Shown one piece after another: positions 12,814 to 24,237 of a DNA stretch of 64,000 nucleotides. Made by a program: the position numbers and the translations under genes. Every line of letters starts with the position of its first letter. The stretch's first letter is position 1. Source of the stretch: a virus; the IMG/VR virus record IMGVR_UViG_3300031788_000005, positions 19,068 through 83,067 of that record; one strand, written 5' to 3'. The notes under the pieces were generated by a model, which saw only the letters and a list, made by a program, of their open reading frames with translations, was not told the origin of the DNA and made no database searches.

Positions 12814-14337
12814 AATAGGTTTTATATTTTATTTAATTACATCCCTACTTTAGCAGAAGGTTCATTGACAGTCAAGTTCTTTTTTAAAATAATTACCCCA
12901 ATCTGGTTTGATTTTTAAATCCTTTAATTGTCTTTCATAAATAGCAGCGTAATAACGAATTGTAGTTAAAGCATTAAAATAATTAAGTTTACGTTTGATT
13001 ATACCAGCAATAGAAATAGATTTAAAAAGTTTGAATTCCGTTCCACATTTATGACAATGGATAAGTTGATGACATCTTAAATCGCCGCAGGAACACATAT
13101 CACGATTATCATGATAGTAATTTATTGGAGATTCAATCCATTCTTTAAACATCATAAAGATTAAGGAATCGACCCCACATACTCATGTAACAACTGGTTT
13201 ACTTTAATCATCTTAGCCAGATACCACAAACCGCCTTGATTCTTGGGTTTCTTGAGTGTGGTGACATCTTTAATTTCGATTTCCGCCCAGACACGTCCTT
13301 TATTAGTTAAATGTGGCGCGTGAGGTTGAGGGACACAATGCCAGCCGTGTCTTACTTTAAAGCCATCAGTGGGAAAGAGTTCTGCCTTTAGCCATTTTCC
13401 TATTTCCAGAGGTTTGGATTTGTTAATAAATAATGATGTAATTTCGCCATTGGCTTTCAGGCGGAAGAGTTTATAGGCTTTCATTTAAAATTAAGACATT
13501 TCTAGTATTTTTTTAATTTGCTTAAGTTTTTCCAAACCTTTTTTTATCCTACCATGTGATTCTCGTTCAATGCGCTTTTCAATTTCACTGTAATTATCAC
13601 CGCCGTTAGAGGCACAACACAAATTTGTACATTTAATAATGAATCCATCTTCGCCATCAGGAGTTTGACTCATATCTATATCACCACAAATGGGGCATTT
13701 TACATAATTAATCATATTTTTTCATTCCTTGGATAAATAAAGGTTTAATGGTTTTATAATTATCAAACGCCCAAGAATAGGCTTTACCATAATTCGCCCC
13801 CTTTTCTTCTAGAAAATAAGCAAAATATCCTATAAACCATGTGGCTTCTTGTCCTCGGTCGTGGTTGTTTTTAAAGTGTTTTTTTACTCGTTTGAATAAA
13901 TTGTATATAGTCCAAGAAGAAACATTCACAAATTCTCCACTGCATTTTGTACATTTCAATCCGGCGTGATATTGACTATCATAATAATCACATTTGCCGC
14001 ATAATTTTAACTTAGGATTGAAGCGTTTGATTTCAGAAGCAAGAATATCTTCTATATCAGTCAAGGTTATTGTAAAATCAGTAGTTTTCATTTACTTCAT
14101 TCTAAGCGGAAGTCGTTCCATTGCATTAGCCTGAGTATCTTCCTTAGTTTGCCGTTTGTAGTCAGATTTAGCCTTGTTTATCCGAATCATGGTTATTGCC
14201 GGAACATTCAAAAGGTGTCCCACCATATCCATCGCATCGTGTGGCCCAAATTGGGTTTCACATTCGACTTCAATTGTTAATTTAGTTTTATAAAAACTCA
14301 TATTTCTAATCTAACATAAAAATTTATTCTTGTCAAT

Positions 14338-14375
14338 AAAAAAGACCAACCAGAATTTCTTCTAATTGGTCTTTC
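14338..14375 (-). terminator. intrinsic terminator after rIIB
   Basis: AAAGACCAA..TTGGTCTTT stem followed by a U-run on the minus strand. Confidence 0.65.
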
Positions 14376-14401
14376 TTGCTTAGGTGGAGAAAGGCGTTTT
14401 G

Positions 14402-15487
14402 TTAAATAAACTTTCCATTACCATCGCGCTTTTGCCGCTTTGCCGCCTTACGCAACTTGGCACGGGTGGCGGGACTAATTGTGGTCTTTTTTACAACCTT
14501 GGCGACGGGTGCCTTGGCTTGTTTGACTTCGGCGTATACAGAACTATAACCCTCGTTATAACCCTCTGCAAATGAGAAGTCATTAATATTACCGTCTTGG
14601 ATATCAGCCAATGCCTGGCTAGCATCACGAACGACTCCATCCTTGGCGTCATAAACACCTTCTTTGTAGCCAAGTGCGCGAGAATTTGCACCATCGCTGT
14701 CGTAATCGCTTCCATCATTGAAAGCTACAGTAGGTTCAGTTTGATACAATGCGCCGAATTTTTCGCCAGCCTCATAACCAGAACAGTCGCCAAATACCAA
14801 ATACTTACAGCAACGACCCTTGGTATTATTGTAATCTGTTGGAATACAAACTACATCAGCAGGGTTAATCTTGACGATTACTACTCGACCCTTACCACCA
14901 TGATACTGAGATAGATAAGCTTGCGAACAGAAATGCAAACCATTTGAACAAGTTTTATTGGAGTTTTCATCCACATGATTGCGCGGAACTTCAACTGTTT
15001 TTCCAACAGAATTATCAAAGGTCTTGGTATAAAAGTCCTTATAATCTTCAGTCACTTTGCGATAAGCCAAAAAATGACCATCTTCGGTAATTGGCAACTT
15101 CGCGTATTCCAAGAATCCATAAAGTTCCTCAACAGCACGGAAAGAAGGATTCTGCAATAGATTCTCAAGGAAATTAAGTAACGGCTGGAATGGCAAACCA
15201 CTCTTCATGAATTCCTTAATTTTAGTGACCACATAATTGTGGACAGCCTGACCCTTATAGAAAACTTCGCCACCCTTGACGACCAAGTTACCACGAGTAA
15301 ATGAAGCCGTAACCGCGATATTGGCGTTTGGGTTAAGAATATCTTCTAGACGAGAAAAATTCTGGCTGGCAATGAGGTTTTTCAATTCCTCATACTTCGG
15401 GTTGGAATGGTTGACGTTGTATGGCGTGCCGTTGACAACGATGGCGATGGATGAATCAGTAATAATGTAACTTGGACTATTTGTCAT
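14402..15487 (-). CDS. rIIB: rIIB-like protein
   Basis: NPS..AVEELYGFL, ITEDGHFLAYRKV, CSNGLHFC, NPADVVCIPTDYNNTKGRCCKY. Confidence 0.92.
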   Translation of the reverse strand: MTNSPSYIITDSSIAIVVNGTPYNVNHSNPKYEELKNLIASQNFSRLEDILNPNANIAVTASFTRGNLVVKGGEVFYKGQAVHNYVVTKIKEFMKSGLPFQPLLNFLENLLQNPSFRAVEELYGFLEYAKLPITEDGHFLAYRKVTEDYKDFYTKTFDNSVGKTVEVPRNHVDENSNKTCSNGLHFCSQAYLSQYHGGKGRVVIVKINPADVVCIPTDYNNTKGRCCKYLVFGDCSGYEAGEKFGALYQTEPTVAFNDGSDYDSDGANSRALGYKEGVYDAKDGVVRDASQALADIQDGNINDFSFAEGYNEGYSSVYAEVKQAKAPVAKVVKKTTISPATRAKLRKAAKRQKRDGNGKFI

Positions 15488-15574
15488 ATATTTTGTTTGT
15501 TTTTTATTGTTAACTATGAATTTATTATTGCAAAACTTTCAGTAAAAGTCAAGGGGTATTTTAAATTATTTTAA

Positions 15575-15688
15575 AGGGCGTTGAGCGGCAAAGACTCCCC
15601 TTGAATGCTCCAAACACATCTTCCACCAACCTGCTGATTTCAAGGCCCATCCTGACATTTCGATAACGGCTGGCCTTTTACAACCCCT
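15575..15688 (-). ncRNA. putative structured ncRNA
   Basis: GC-rich intergenic island; ends pair (AGGGGTTG/CAACGCCCT); internal CCTTGAA/TTCAAGG and GGCC/GGCC stems; strand inferred from context. Confidence 0.4.
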
Positions 15689-15720
15689 AAGCTGACATTT
15701 ATGTTTTTGGGATTTCATTT

Positions 15721-16149
15721 TTATTTCAACGTAAAAGAACCGTCCTTCTCAAAACTAATAATAGTGGAGGATTCTGATTTGGTACTTTTGATTTCTTTGC
15801 CAGTCGCGGGATTAATACCCAATTTACGCCAATGAACTAAATAACTGTCAACTTCTTCCCGTAACGTTTTTTCCACATCTTCACCTTTAATCGTCGAAAA
15901 CAAGGCTGTCAGTAATAAACCCGAGGCATCATCAGCATGGCAAACACCAAACTTTTTTAGAACATCTTGCATTAAAGAAGTTTTTTGATTCCACAATTTC
16001 CAGCCATTTCTTAGTTGTCGACCCGTCGAATGATGGACCATGGCCGGTTCGTTTTTTTGAATAAATTCTTTCTCTTCGGGGGAAACGTCGGCAACAAGCA
16101 TTTTCACAGCCGAATCAAAATCAGTGGGAATTTCATCAGATATATTCAT
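15721..16149 (-). CDS. DUF6794-like protein
   Basis: HHSTGRQLRNGWKLW...GVCHADDASG pattern. Confidence 0.6.
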   Translation of the reverse strand: MNISDEIPTDFDSAVKMLVADVSPEEKEFIQKNEPAMVHHSTGRQLRNGWKLWNQKTSLMQDVLKKFGVCHADDASGLLLTALFSTIKGEDVEKTLREEVDSYLVHWRKLGINPATGKEIKSTKSESSTIISFEKDGSFTLK

Positions 16150-16193
16150 ATTATCATATTGACACTTTCCTAAAGAATTGTCAAGAGATTTCC

Positions 16194-17231
16194 ATGATTA
16201 TTTATTCCCTGATGGATTATTCAGGTGTAATTCCCTATAATATGATATGGGAAGAAAAAAACTTAACCGAACCAGAGAAGAACTCCTTGAACAACACAGA
16301 GCCTGTCAAAGACGCTACTATTCAAAAAATAGGGAACAACTTAATGTCAAACGACTTAAACGCTACTTCGCCGAAAAAGATTAGCGGTATTTATAAAATA
16401 ATAAATAAAGTTAATGGGAAATATTATGTGGGTAGTAGTATTAATATTTATAGAAGGTGGTCCATGCATAAATCATGGCTTAATCGAAACAAACATCATA
16501 ATTATCACCTACAGTTATCTTGGAATAAATATGGCCAGCAAAACTTTGATTTTATTATCGAAAAAGAAGTACCTCCAGAAACCCTTTTAAAAGTAGAAGA
16601 CGAGTATCTATTACTAGCCAAAAAAGAAGCGTCATATAATCTAAATTTTAACGCCACGGGTTCTGATGTCAGTAATTCTACAAGAAGTATACTATCCCAA
16701 AAAGGAAAAGAAAGATGGTTAAACCAACAATATAGAGAAACTCAAACTTTAAAAATTACTCAAGCCATGAATAAACCAGAAGTGAAATTAAGGGCTTCAA
16801 ATTTGACTAAGGCTACTATGACACCAGCAAGGAAACTACAACTTTCATTTTTTGCAAACGTTCCCAGAAATTTAAATAAAATTAAATTATTTAATAAATT
16901 TACTCAAGAAATCTTTGAAGGAACACAATGGGAATGCCGAAAAAAATATTCTCTTAACGCCTCCCATCTATCAGGATTAATACAAGGAAAAAGACTTTCT
17001 CATAAAGGGTGGATTTTATTCAAAAATCGTTTCAATAAATACGTCTTAGAAAATCAGTTAGGGATAAAGTCTCTAACCAAAATAAAACTAACCAACTCAA
17101 TCAGCCAAGAGATGTTTGAAGGAACTAGAGATGAATTTAAAAAAAGATATAAAATAAGTAAAAGTAATGCTAATAATTTAATAAATAAAAAGATAAAATC
17201 GCACAAGGGATGGAGATTAGCCTCTATTTAA
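16194..17231 (+). CDS. GIY-YIG homing endonuclease with repeated C-terminal DNA-binding modules
   Basis: SGIYKIINKVNGKYYVGSS, RW..H, N..LQ..WNKYG; two SHKGW repeats; opposite strand to its neighbours. Confidence 0.9.
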   Translation: MIIYSLMDYSGVIPYNMIWEEKNLTEPEKNSLNNTEPVKDATIQKIGNNLMSNDLNATSPKKISGIYKIINKVNGKYYVGSSINIYRRWSMHKSWLNRNKHHNYHLQLSWNKYGQQNFDFIIEKEVPPETLLKVEDEYLLLAKKEASYNLNFNATGSDVSNSTRSILSQKGKERWLNQQYRETQTLKITQAMNKPEVKLRASNLTKATMTPARKLQLSFFANVPRNLNKIKLFNKFTQEIFEGTQWECRKKYSLNASHLSGLIQGKRLSHKGWILFKNRFNKYVLENQLGIKSLTKIKLTNSISQEMFEGTRDEFKKRYKISKSNANNLINKKIKSHKGWRLASI

Positions 17232-17591
17232 ATTATTAAAAATATTTCCTACTACTTCTAAACTATTTCGGTCTATCCTATCACCCAAACAAAAAGAATA
17301 TTCCATGTATTCATTAGTCATGTATCGTCCGAAAGAAAAACACGCGTTCTTATCATCCCAAAATACTTCAGCCTTTTTAATATCCTCTGATTCGGGACCA
17401 TGCGCGTATCCTTGCAGGGTGAAATTAATCAGGTCGCCGGAATAAATTTTTTCCCCATTCTTGTCTTTTAAACCAGTATATTGCAAAAACTCATAGGTCG
17501 GGTCATTGAAATCAACCCTTCCAATTAAGTTAAAATCTACAAACTTACTCAAATGGTAATCCCAAGCCTTGAATGATATTTCGCGGTTCAT
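17217..17591 (-). CDS. YopX family protein
   Basis: REISFKAWD, QYTGLKDKNGEKIYSGD, EVVGNIF. Confidence 0.9.
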   Translation of the reverse strand: MNREISFKAWDYHLSKFVDFNLIGRVDFNDPTYEFLQYTGLKDKNGEKIYSGDLINFTLQGYAHGPESEDIKKAEVFWDDKNACFSFGRYMTNEYMEYSFCLGDRIDRNSLEVVGNIFNNLNRG

Positions 17592-17911
17592 ATTATCTTC
17601 CTAAATAACTGGCTCCTTCCTTAAATCCTTCAAAGAAAATATCTTGTCCTTCCCTACTAAGACCTTTGGGGAAATAAGTTATTTTATGTTGAACGTAACA
17701 ACCACCCAAACCGCCATCTTGATGTATTTGCTCAACAATACAAGGATACTTCACTGGATATTCTTTAAGTGCGGGACATGGCTCTTTATTAGGCGGACTT
17801 TTGTAATAGTAAAAATCTTTAAATTCTTTTGGTGTATTAATTATTTTCATTTAACTATCTTTAGTTTAAAATATTTTTCTCACAAAGTCAACAAAAATCT
17901 GTATAATATAT

Positions 17912-18008
17912 TGCGTAGTGATAATAAAACCAACCAACAGAATTTTGGCTTTTCGTGAGCGTTTTGGAAACGCACTTCGATTTATTTGAACTACGCAGCA
18001 CGAAAGGC
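17912..18008 (+). promoter_or_regulatory. pseudoknotted 5' UTR, copy 1
   Basis: TGCGTAGT/ACTACGCA crossed with GCTTTTCGTG/CACGAAAGGC, ending 4 nt before an ATG. Confidence 0.55.
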
Positions 18009-18012
18009 TTTT

Positions 18013-18147
18013 ATGACTAAAAAATGGACACCCAAAGAAATAGCTTATCTTAAAGAAAATTATTCAAAATTTAGAGCCAAAAAATGCGCTCAAGATTTAA
18101 AAAGAAGTTTAAATTCTGTTTATTGTCAAGCTAAATTATTGAATTAA
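18013..18147 (+). CDS. 44-aa HTH protein, likely a homing endonuclease N-terminal remnant (MTKKWTPKEIAYLKENY...)
   Basis: Translated by hand; WT..E..YL..NY..A..L.RS..SV pattern. Confidence 0.5.
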   Translation: MTKKWTPKEIAYLKENYSKFRAKKCAQDLKRSLNSVYCQAKLLN

Positions 18148-19490
18148 TTAGTTCTGCTCCTAGTGTGAAATTCCACTGAAGATTCAGGAACTTCGTTAAC
18201 AACACCACTAAAAGAAATTAGAAAAGACTTATTGTGTAATAGACAGCACCATAAATATCCCTCAGTATTTTTTGGGATATGAATGTCTCCAACCGTCACG
18301 TCTTTTTTGAGAAAAACCCTCATTCTAGAATCCCATTTTCCAAATCCTCTAAGATAGAGGTTGAGATTTTAGCCGCGTTAGTTTCACCACTTTCCACGTA
18401 ATTTCCTACAAATTCTTTGATTTTAAGAAGCCCTAATGTTTGAATTTCGGAGTCTTTGCCAGCGGTTCTTAGTTCGGTTAAGACATCCATAAACAGATTT
18501 TCAATATCGTCAGTACTCATATTATTCTTCTATCTTGCCACTATTCTCGGGAAATGTCAAGTAAAATTCCTTCTTAAGACTTTCGTACTTAGCAATAAAA
18601 TCAGTAAATTCCTTAATAACTTTTTTCCCTGCTTTTTTATCGCGAAGAATTATCAAGACCTTAGACAGTAGTAATGAGTTGTGGTTCAGGGACATAAGTT
18701 GATTCGACTTCTATAAAAAATTCTTGTGGTTTTTGTTGCAAATGAGAAAAGATATGTTCGTTGGGTATTACCCTTTGAGACTGGTAAATGCACCCGAATT
18801 TATTTCCATCTTTATGGGTTAACATAGTTTCAAAATGAAAGCCGTCTAGCTGTCTGGTTGTAAATGTGAAATCTGCTATGTCCATATTAATCTCCATTAA
18901 TCTTTGCAGCCAGTGGTTTCGGCATAAATCCCTCGCATCGGCCCTCTGGTGAAATTTTACAGATACTTGGAGTCATACATTTTAGTCTTATATTGAATTT
19001 ACAACCGACCGCCTGACAGTCTATATCTAGCCAATCGCGACTTAGCCACGGATGATGTTCCTTTCCGTGACCGACTCTAGGATTAGTCCGGCAGTTTTCA
19101 TTCGTCGTGTCCGTCATTCTCCAACAATTCTTCGTATTCGCACGTCTCAATCATATCCTGCAATAACTCTATAACATCCTTTTTATTAGAATCAAAATTA
19201 TCTTGTAAGTCGCCTGTGGAAAACAGGTGTGATATATTTTCGAGTTTTTCAATGATTTTTTCTAAGTTGTGGATAATTTTGTCGGGTTTCATAATTATTA
19301 ATTAATTCTGTTAAAATCTCGGCTGTATAACGTGGGATAAATTTTATTCATATTCAAATCATTAATAAATAATAGTTTATATTGGTTTTCTGATAAAGTC
19401 AAGTATTTTATTTTTAGTTAATGATTTAAATTTGTTCCAGTCGTTTTCCCACACAAAAACCTATAGATGTGAAATTAAAATACGAATGGA

Positions 19491-20033
19491 CTATTTCCCA
19501 CTTGACCCAAAACCACCCACTCGCGCTGTTTGAGACAAAAAGTCAACCAACTCAAATTTAATGGGGATTGTTGTTCTGGCTACTAATTGTCCAATACGGT
19601 CGTTTTTAGAATAAATTTTTTCATAATTTATTTTATAATAAATTCTTGTGATACCGGCTTCTGGCAAAACAAACAAATCCTCTGCGGCTGGTATGTAGCG
19701 AAAACGAAGTAATATTTCTTGCGTAAAATCAGCATCTATTAATCCAATTCCGTTAGCTAATATCAGATTCTTATTTGAAACACTGGAACGAGGAAGAATC
19801 TCAATATGTTCATTGGGACTTTCGGGAGAAATATAAATTCCAGTATGATATTGAATATAGTCAATTCGACGATATAACGTAAAATTATCCAATGGAAAAT
19901 TAACTATGTCGCCGACGATTATTGGTTCAGAAAGCGCGGTCACATCATAACCCGCGCTATGTTCAGTTGCTTGTTTTGGTGGTTCAATCTTGAAACTAGT
20001 CCTGTCGCATTTATTTTTTAGATATACCTTCAT
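19491..20033 (-). CDS. dut: trimeric dUTPase
   Basis: SAGYD, PRSS, GLIDAD, RIGQL, RVGGFGSSG. Confidence 0.92.
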   Translation of the reverse strand: MKVYLKNKCDRTSFKIEPPKQATEHSAGYDVTALSEPIIVGDIVNFPLDNFTLYRRIDYIQYHTGIYISPESPNEHIEILPRSSVSNKNLILANGIGLIDADFTQEILLRFRYIPAAEDLFVLPEAGITRIYYKINYEKIYSKNDRIGQLVARTTIPIKFELVDFLSQTARVGGFGSSGK

Positions 20034-21114
20034 ATTTTAATTAATCCAATCTCCAATGACTCGTCTGCTTCCTGCAAATTCGTCTAACTGCATATAAGCC
20101 CACGAACTACCCACCTTGTTTGTTGCTAGAAATTTTCCGTCTTTATAAGATACCGTATATTTGTCGGGATTATTTTTCGCAACATAGCACCACGCTTTAA
20201 AAGCCTTTTGGCGAACGGTTAATGAGGGACAATTTTTGTATGCGCGTTTGACTTTTTGAGCGAAATTCATATTATTTTGTCTTAATTGGTTCCCATTTTC
20301 CATTTTTAAAAACTTGCATATAAACATCAATGGTTTCTTTGTCAGCATAACCTTAATAAAGATACTCACTAACTTCATCTTTTACACCTAAGAACCCTTG
20401 TGTTTCATTTTTTAGTTCCTCGTCGGGAATTTCGAATGTGCGGGTTACTGTATAAATATGTTGAATTTTCATATTAATCGTGATTATACTCTTCTGTACT
20501 AACACCATTCGGTGTAACTGTTACTTTAACATGGTCTCCAAACATAGCCAACATCGTATTATCTTCTATGGCTCCAACGATGTCAGATGCTAGTTCAAAG
20601 GCATTTTTAGGAACTTCATCTTGTTTGTCATAATCATCATAATCATTAATTTTAACGTCATTATTAACTGAAAAACGACATTCATCACCATCATTAAAAT
20701 ATGGCGTATATTGATTCCACGAAATACTCTTGACCGAAGGAAAAAGTTCAAAAAACTCTTTCATTGATTCATTAAATAGTTTTTGGGATTCAGATTTAAT
20801 TTCCTCTTGTAGTGAGGAAACTCTTTCTTTTAGGTTTTCGAGTTTATCTTGTATGGATTTGTTCATAAAATTATAAAATAATAGCTAAATCATCTTTCTC
20901 CTCATTAGTTTCTGAGCATTCGACATTTGAAAGAATTTCCATGATTTTTTCAGTACAAGCCTTCTTAGGCAGAAGTTCTTCCTTATTTCGGTCAAAAACC
21001 ATTAGACTTTGGACGCTATTATCATATGTGCAATCATTGTATTCAGAATTAAATCTGACAATTGCATAAAATGCCGAATCAGGATAATTTTCTTTAACGA
21101 ATTGTTTAATTTCT

Positions 21115-21540
21115 TTAGTCATAACGTGTTTGGTTTATTAGGTTGGGTATTTCAATTGGTAATTTTGATTTTAATTTGTCTTCAATTTTCTGGAAACTGG
21201 GAGGGACACCACGTCCATTATTCATCCAGTCTTTCATTTCCATTTCTTGCAAATAATCTTGGGCGGTAGGAATAAATTTTCCTCGAAAATCTTCTGCTAC
21301 ATGCTGTTCACCAATATCACGAACAGATATTTTTTTATTTTCCGAATTAGTAATTGTAACTCCAAAAATTTTTTCAAGTATGAAACTCAAAAACCAAGAA
21401 TTATGAGTCAAAGCACGGTGACGATTGTCACAAATAGCTCCTTTTGAACTATCCATAAGATTATGAATTTCAATGTAGTCTTCAGGAACACCGCCAAAAC
21501 GTTTGGCGGAAGATACTGCATGTATGTATGGTTTACTCAT
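21115..21540 (-). CDS. DUF6915-like protein
   Basis: PYIHAVSSAKRFGG.PEDY..IH..MDSSK, HRALTHN, EQHVAED. Confidence 0.7.
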   Translation of the reverse strand: MSKPYIHAVSSAKRFGGVPEDYIEIHNLMDSSKGAICDNRHRALTHNSWFLSFILEKIFGVTITNSENKKISVRDIGEQHVAEDFRGKFIPTAQDYLQEMEMKDWMNNGRGVPPSFQKIEDKLKSKLPIEIPNLINQTRYD

Positions 21541-21541
21541 A

Positions 21542-22051
21542 TTAAACTTCACATTCCTTTTCTGAAATCATACACTTAATACCCAATTCCTTATCAAACC
21601 ACCTAGCCGCAACCCCTGCTTCATTAAACATAATCATACTGCGGTCATCATGACCATTCCACTTTTCACCCTTAATTTTATCCCACAAGTTTTCCCATTG
21701 TTTGTGTAAAACAATTTCTGTAATTCCGGCTTGAATAATTGCACGAGCGCAGTCCGTACATGGAGTAGAGTTGGTATACATTATAGAACCAAAAGTCTTA
21801 ATTCCATTACGGGCAGCGTTGTATACTGCATTGCGTTCGCCGTGCTCAAACCAATAATATTTTTCAGGTCGTTTATTTCTTTCTGTAGCTTTATCGTTAA
21901 CTTTACGACAGATTCCATTGTAACCCTCTGAAACTACACCACCGTCTTGAACAAGAATAGCTCCTATTTGGGTAGAAATATCTTTGCTTTTGGAGCCAAT
22001 TAAATAGACGTGCCTCATAAAAAGCTCGTCCCAAGATGGAATAGGTATCAT
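21542..22051 (-). CDS. dCMP deaminase
   Basis: SKD.STQIGA, GYNG, HGERNA, PCTDCARAIIQAGI. Confidence 0.92.
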   Translation of the reverse strand: MIPIPSWDELFMRHVYLIGSKSKDISTQIGAILVQDGGVVSEGYNGICRKVNDKATERNKRPEKYYWFEHGERNAVYNAARNGIKTFGSIMYTNSTPCTDCARAIIQAGITEIVLHKQWENLWDKIKGEKWNGHDDRSMIMFNEAGVAARWFDKELGIKCMISEKECEV

Positions 22052-22447
22052 ATTAAAAGAAAAAGAAGCAATATAGGATTTATTATTTTACATTCCCTAA
22101 AAGTAGGGGACTTTGCCATCCATGATTGCTTCAATATTGATTACACGCAATAAGATTCAACTAGATATTTATTTACCTTATGCTTGTCAATCTTTTTGAG
22201 TTCGGAGTCTTTAACAAAACCGAACAAAGTATGATGCAAACTAACAAGTCTGGCACCCTTATCGTCCTTCTTTAAGGCTCGAACTACTTGGTTTTTCCAA
22301 GAATAGAGTCGGCCAGCCACTATCTTATTAGGCGAAGCAAACTTCCCATCATTTGCGCGATTTACTTTACGCGTGAATTGGCCAGCCGAGTTTCGAATGT
22401 TATAGAATTTATTCATAGTATTATTGTGGATTATATTTCTTAAATTG

Positions 22448-22828
22448 TCAAGGATTATTGGTCGATTTTTCTTTAATTTTTTCTTTTACGTATTCAGCGG
22501 CATTAATATTAAAATAAGTTGCCGAAGCATGGTCTTCGTCTACATCGCCCGAAAACCATTGTAGAAAATGTCTAAGCGCGGATTCGCGGAAACGTTCAAG
22601 TTCTTCTTCTCCATTCGCCAGCATCCAATTGCGCTTTTTATATTTCTTAGCCCCTAAAGTAAGATGTTTGGCAAATCTTTTGAACATCGGGCCATCAAGA
22701 GCCAGAGAATAATCGATTTTGTCGGTAGTTACGTCTCTAACCATGCCGCTTTTATATTCAGTTCTTACGCCTGAATCTTTAATAGTGAATTCGGTTTTAG
22801 AGGATTGGATTGGGGGGTTTGATTGCAT
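22448..22828 (-). CDS. dATP/dGTP diphosphohydrolase domain protein (DUF5664-like)
   Basis: DSG.R..Y.SG.VRD, GAKKY..RNW, SALRH, EDHA. Confidence 0.8.
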   Translation of the reverse strand: MQSNPPIQSSKTEFTIKDSGVRTEYKSGMVRDVTTDKIDYSLALDGPMFKRFAKHLTLGAKKYKKRNWMLANGEEELERFRESALRHFLQWFSGDVDEDHASATYFNINAAEYVKEKIKEKSTNNP

Positions 22829-22922
22829 ATTAAATTAATACTTCTGCTTTTTCTAATTAAATAGATAGTTTTTGGATATTTGGTATTGATGTATTTACGG
22901 CCAACTTTTATTTGGGAGGGTT

Positions 22923-23315
22923 TCATAGTTCTGGATTGCCTTCTATAACACCCGTATTTGGAATAACATGATAAGCACGGTCATCAACAAAATGAGTAAA
23001 ATAATACATCTTCAAACAAGTAATCTGCAATGTTTCCGGCAACCCGTTCTCTTTGAGAAAATTTTGGATTTTTTGAATTTCTACTTCTGATGTAGTTTGT
23101 GAATGAGAAAGTCGCGCTGTAAAAATAGAAACTTTATAACCCTTTTTAAGCCACTCTTTGACTTTACTAACCATATATTTAACAGGTTTACCTACCTTAT
23201 TACCCTGAGCTTCCCAACTATCGTAATGAGCAATTACTCCATCAAAATCAAGTGCTATATACACTTCCTTATGAGCCTTCTCTGGGTCTGGGATTTCTAT
23301 TTCTATTTTTGCCAT
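22923..23315 (-). CDS. HAD-family phosphatase (polynucleotide 3'-phosphatase-like)
   Basis: DFDGVI, FTAR, K...FVDDRA. Confidence 0.8.
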   Translation of the reverse strand: MAKIEIEIPDPEKAHKEVYIALDFDGVIAHYDSWEAQGNKVGKPVKYMVSKVKEWLKKGYKVSIFTARLSHSQTTSEVEIQKIQNFLKENGLPETLQITCLKMYYFTHFVDDRAYHVIPNTGVIEGNPEL

Positions 23316-23692
23316 AAAAGTATATTAATCTATCTTTCCGTCTTTGTCAACAACAATCATCCTACGATAATCTGATAATTGCAATTAGGACAGGTTATAT
23401 AAGTATAAGTATCGGTATCACCAGTGTAGTCCGTGTGTATTTTTGTGAAAGTATCCACGGGCATGTATTCAAGCAGTGCGCCACAATTACGACAAGTACA
23501 CTGTTTGACTAATTTTTTGTCTGGTTCTTTGTTTATAATTTTAATAGGCATAAATTTATAATGAGTTACGGAAGGGCTTCCATCTTCAGGTAGTTATCGG
23601 CCATGTATGCATCCATGCGCTGTTATTGCTTTTATTATTATAATCTTAAATCTAGATTACTGTGCAGTTGTGTTTCTGCCAATCGCTCGAAA

Positions 23693-23861
23693 TGGTGGAG
23701 CAGGAGAGTCAACACGCTTTTGGACTTACGCGCCTACATTTGGCGCAACCTTGGCTAAAAGTCGTTGCCTTTTGTGTCTGCTGTCGTCTTGCGGTGTCCC
23801 GCTATCGTAGTAACAGACTTCTCCGATTAACTTGCTTCTCCCCGCTTTAAACGGGATGCTC
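23693..23861 (-). ncRNA. 169-nt CCA-ending tRNA-mimic-like RNA
   Basis: GGAGCA...TGCTCC-ACCA acceptor-like stem enclosing several hairpins. Confidence 0.55.
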
Positions 23862-24237
23862 CGAAAATTTTCAATCTACGGAAGTGTTTTACTTCCCATA
23901 GACACCCCAACAACGCCACTAACAGAAATAATGGCAAAAATAATACAATCAAAAAAGTTGCTAACAATATTATTGGTATTTTTTTTTATATTTTCTTTTG
24001 ATTTGATTTGTTGTTTAAAATTATTTGGGGAAAAATTAACTAATGTTATACAGATAATCATTAAAATGAGAATAACTAAACATACGACACAATATAACGG
24101 CCAGCCTAATGACATTATTATTAATGATAAAATCGCAAGTGGAGACCGTTGTCTATCTGCTTTATCTAATATGCTTTGAAGCCAAATAAAGAAGGTACAA
24201 AATAAAAAACATCCAGCAAAGTAAAGGTATAAAAATA

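Noticed and set aside
22060-22132. c-di-GMP-I (GEMM) riboswitch upstream of dCMP deaminase
   Set aside because: GGCAAA..ATGTAAAA resembles one helix only; the second hairpin and GNRA/receptor are missing, and it could simply be a terminator-like stem.
22448-22828. Z-genome or 7-deazaguanine DNA modification system
   Set aside because: Only the DUF5664-like hydrolase is present; no PurZ, DpdA or Que genes in the window.
23563-23861. tmRNA (one- or two-piece)
   Set aside because: The 3' end is tmRNA-like, but there is no G3:U70, no T-loop and no convincing tag ending in hydrophobic or Ala residues; kept as an unknown RNA.
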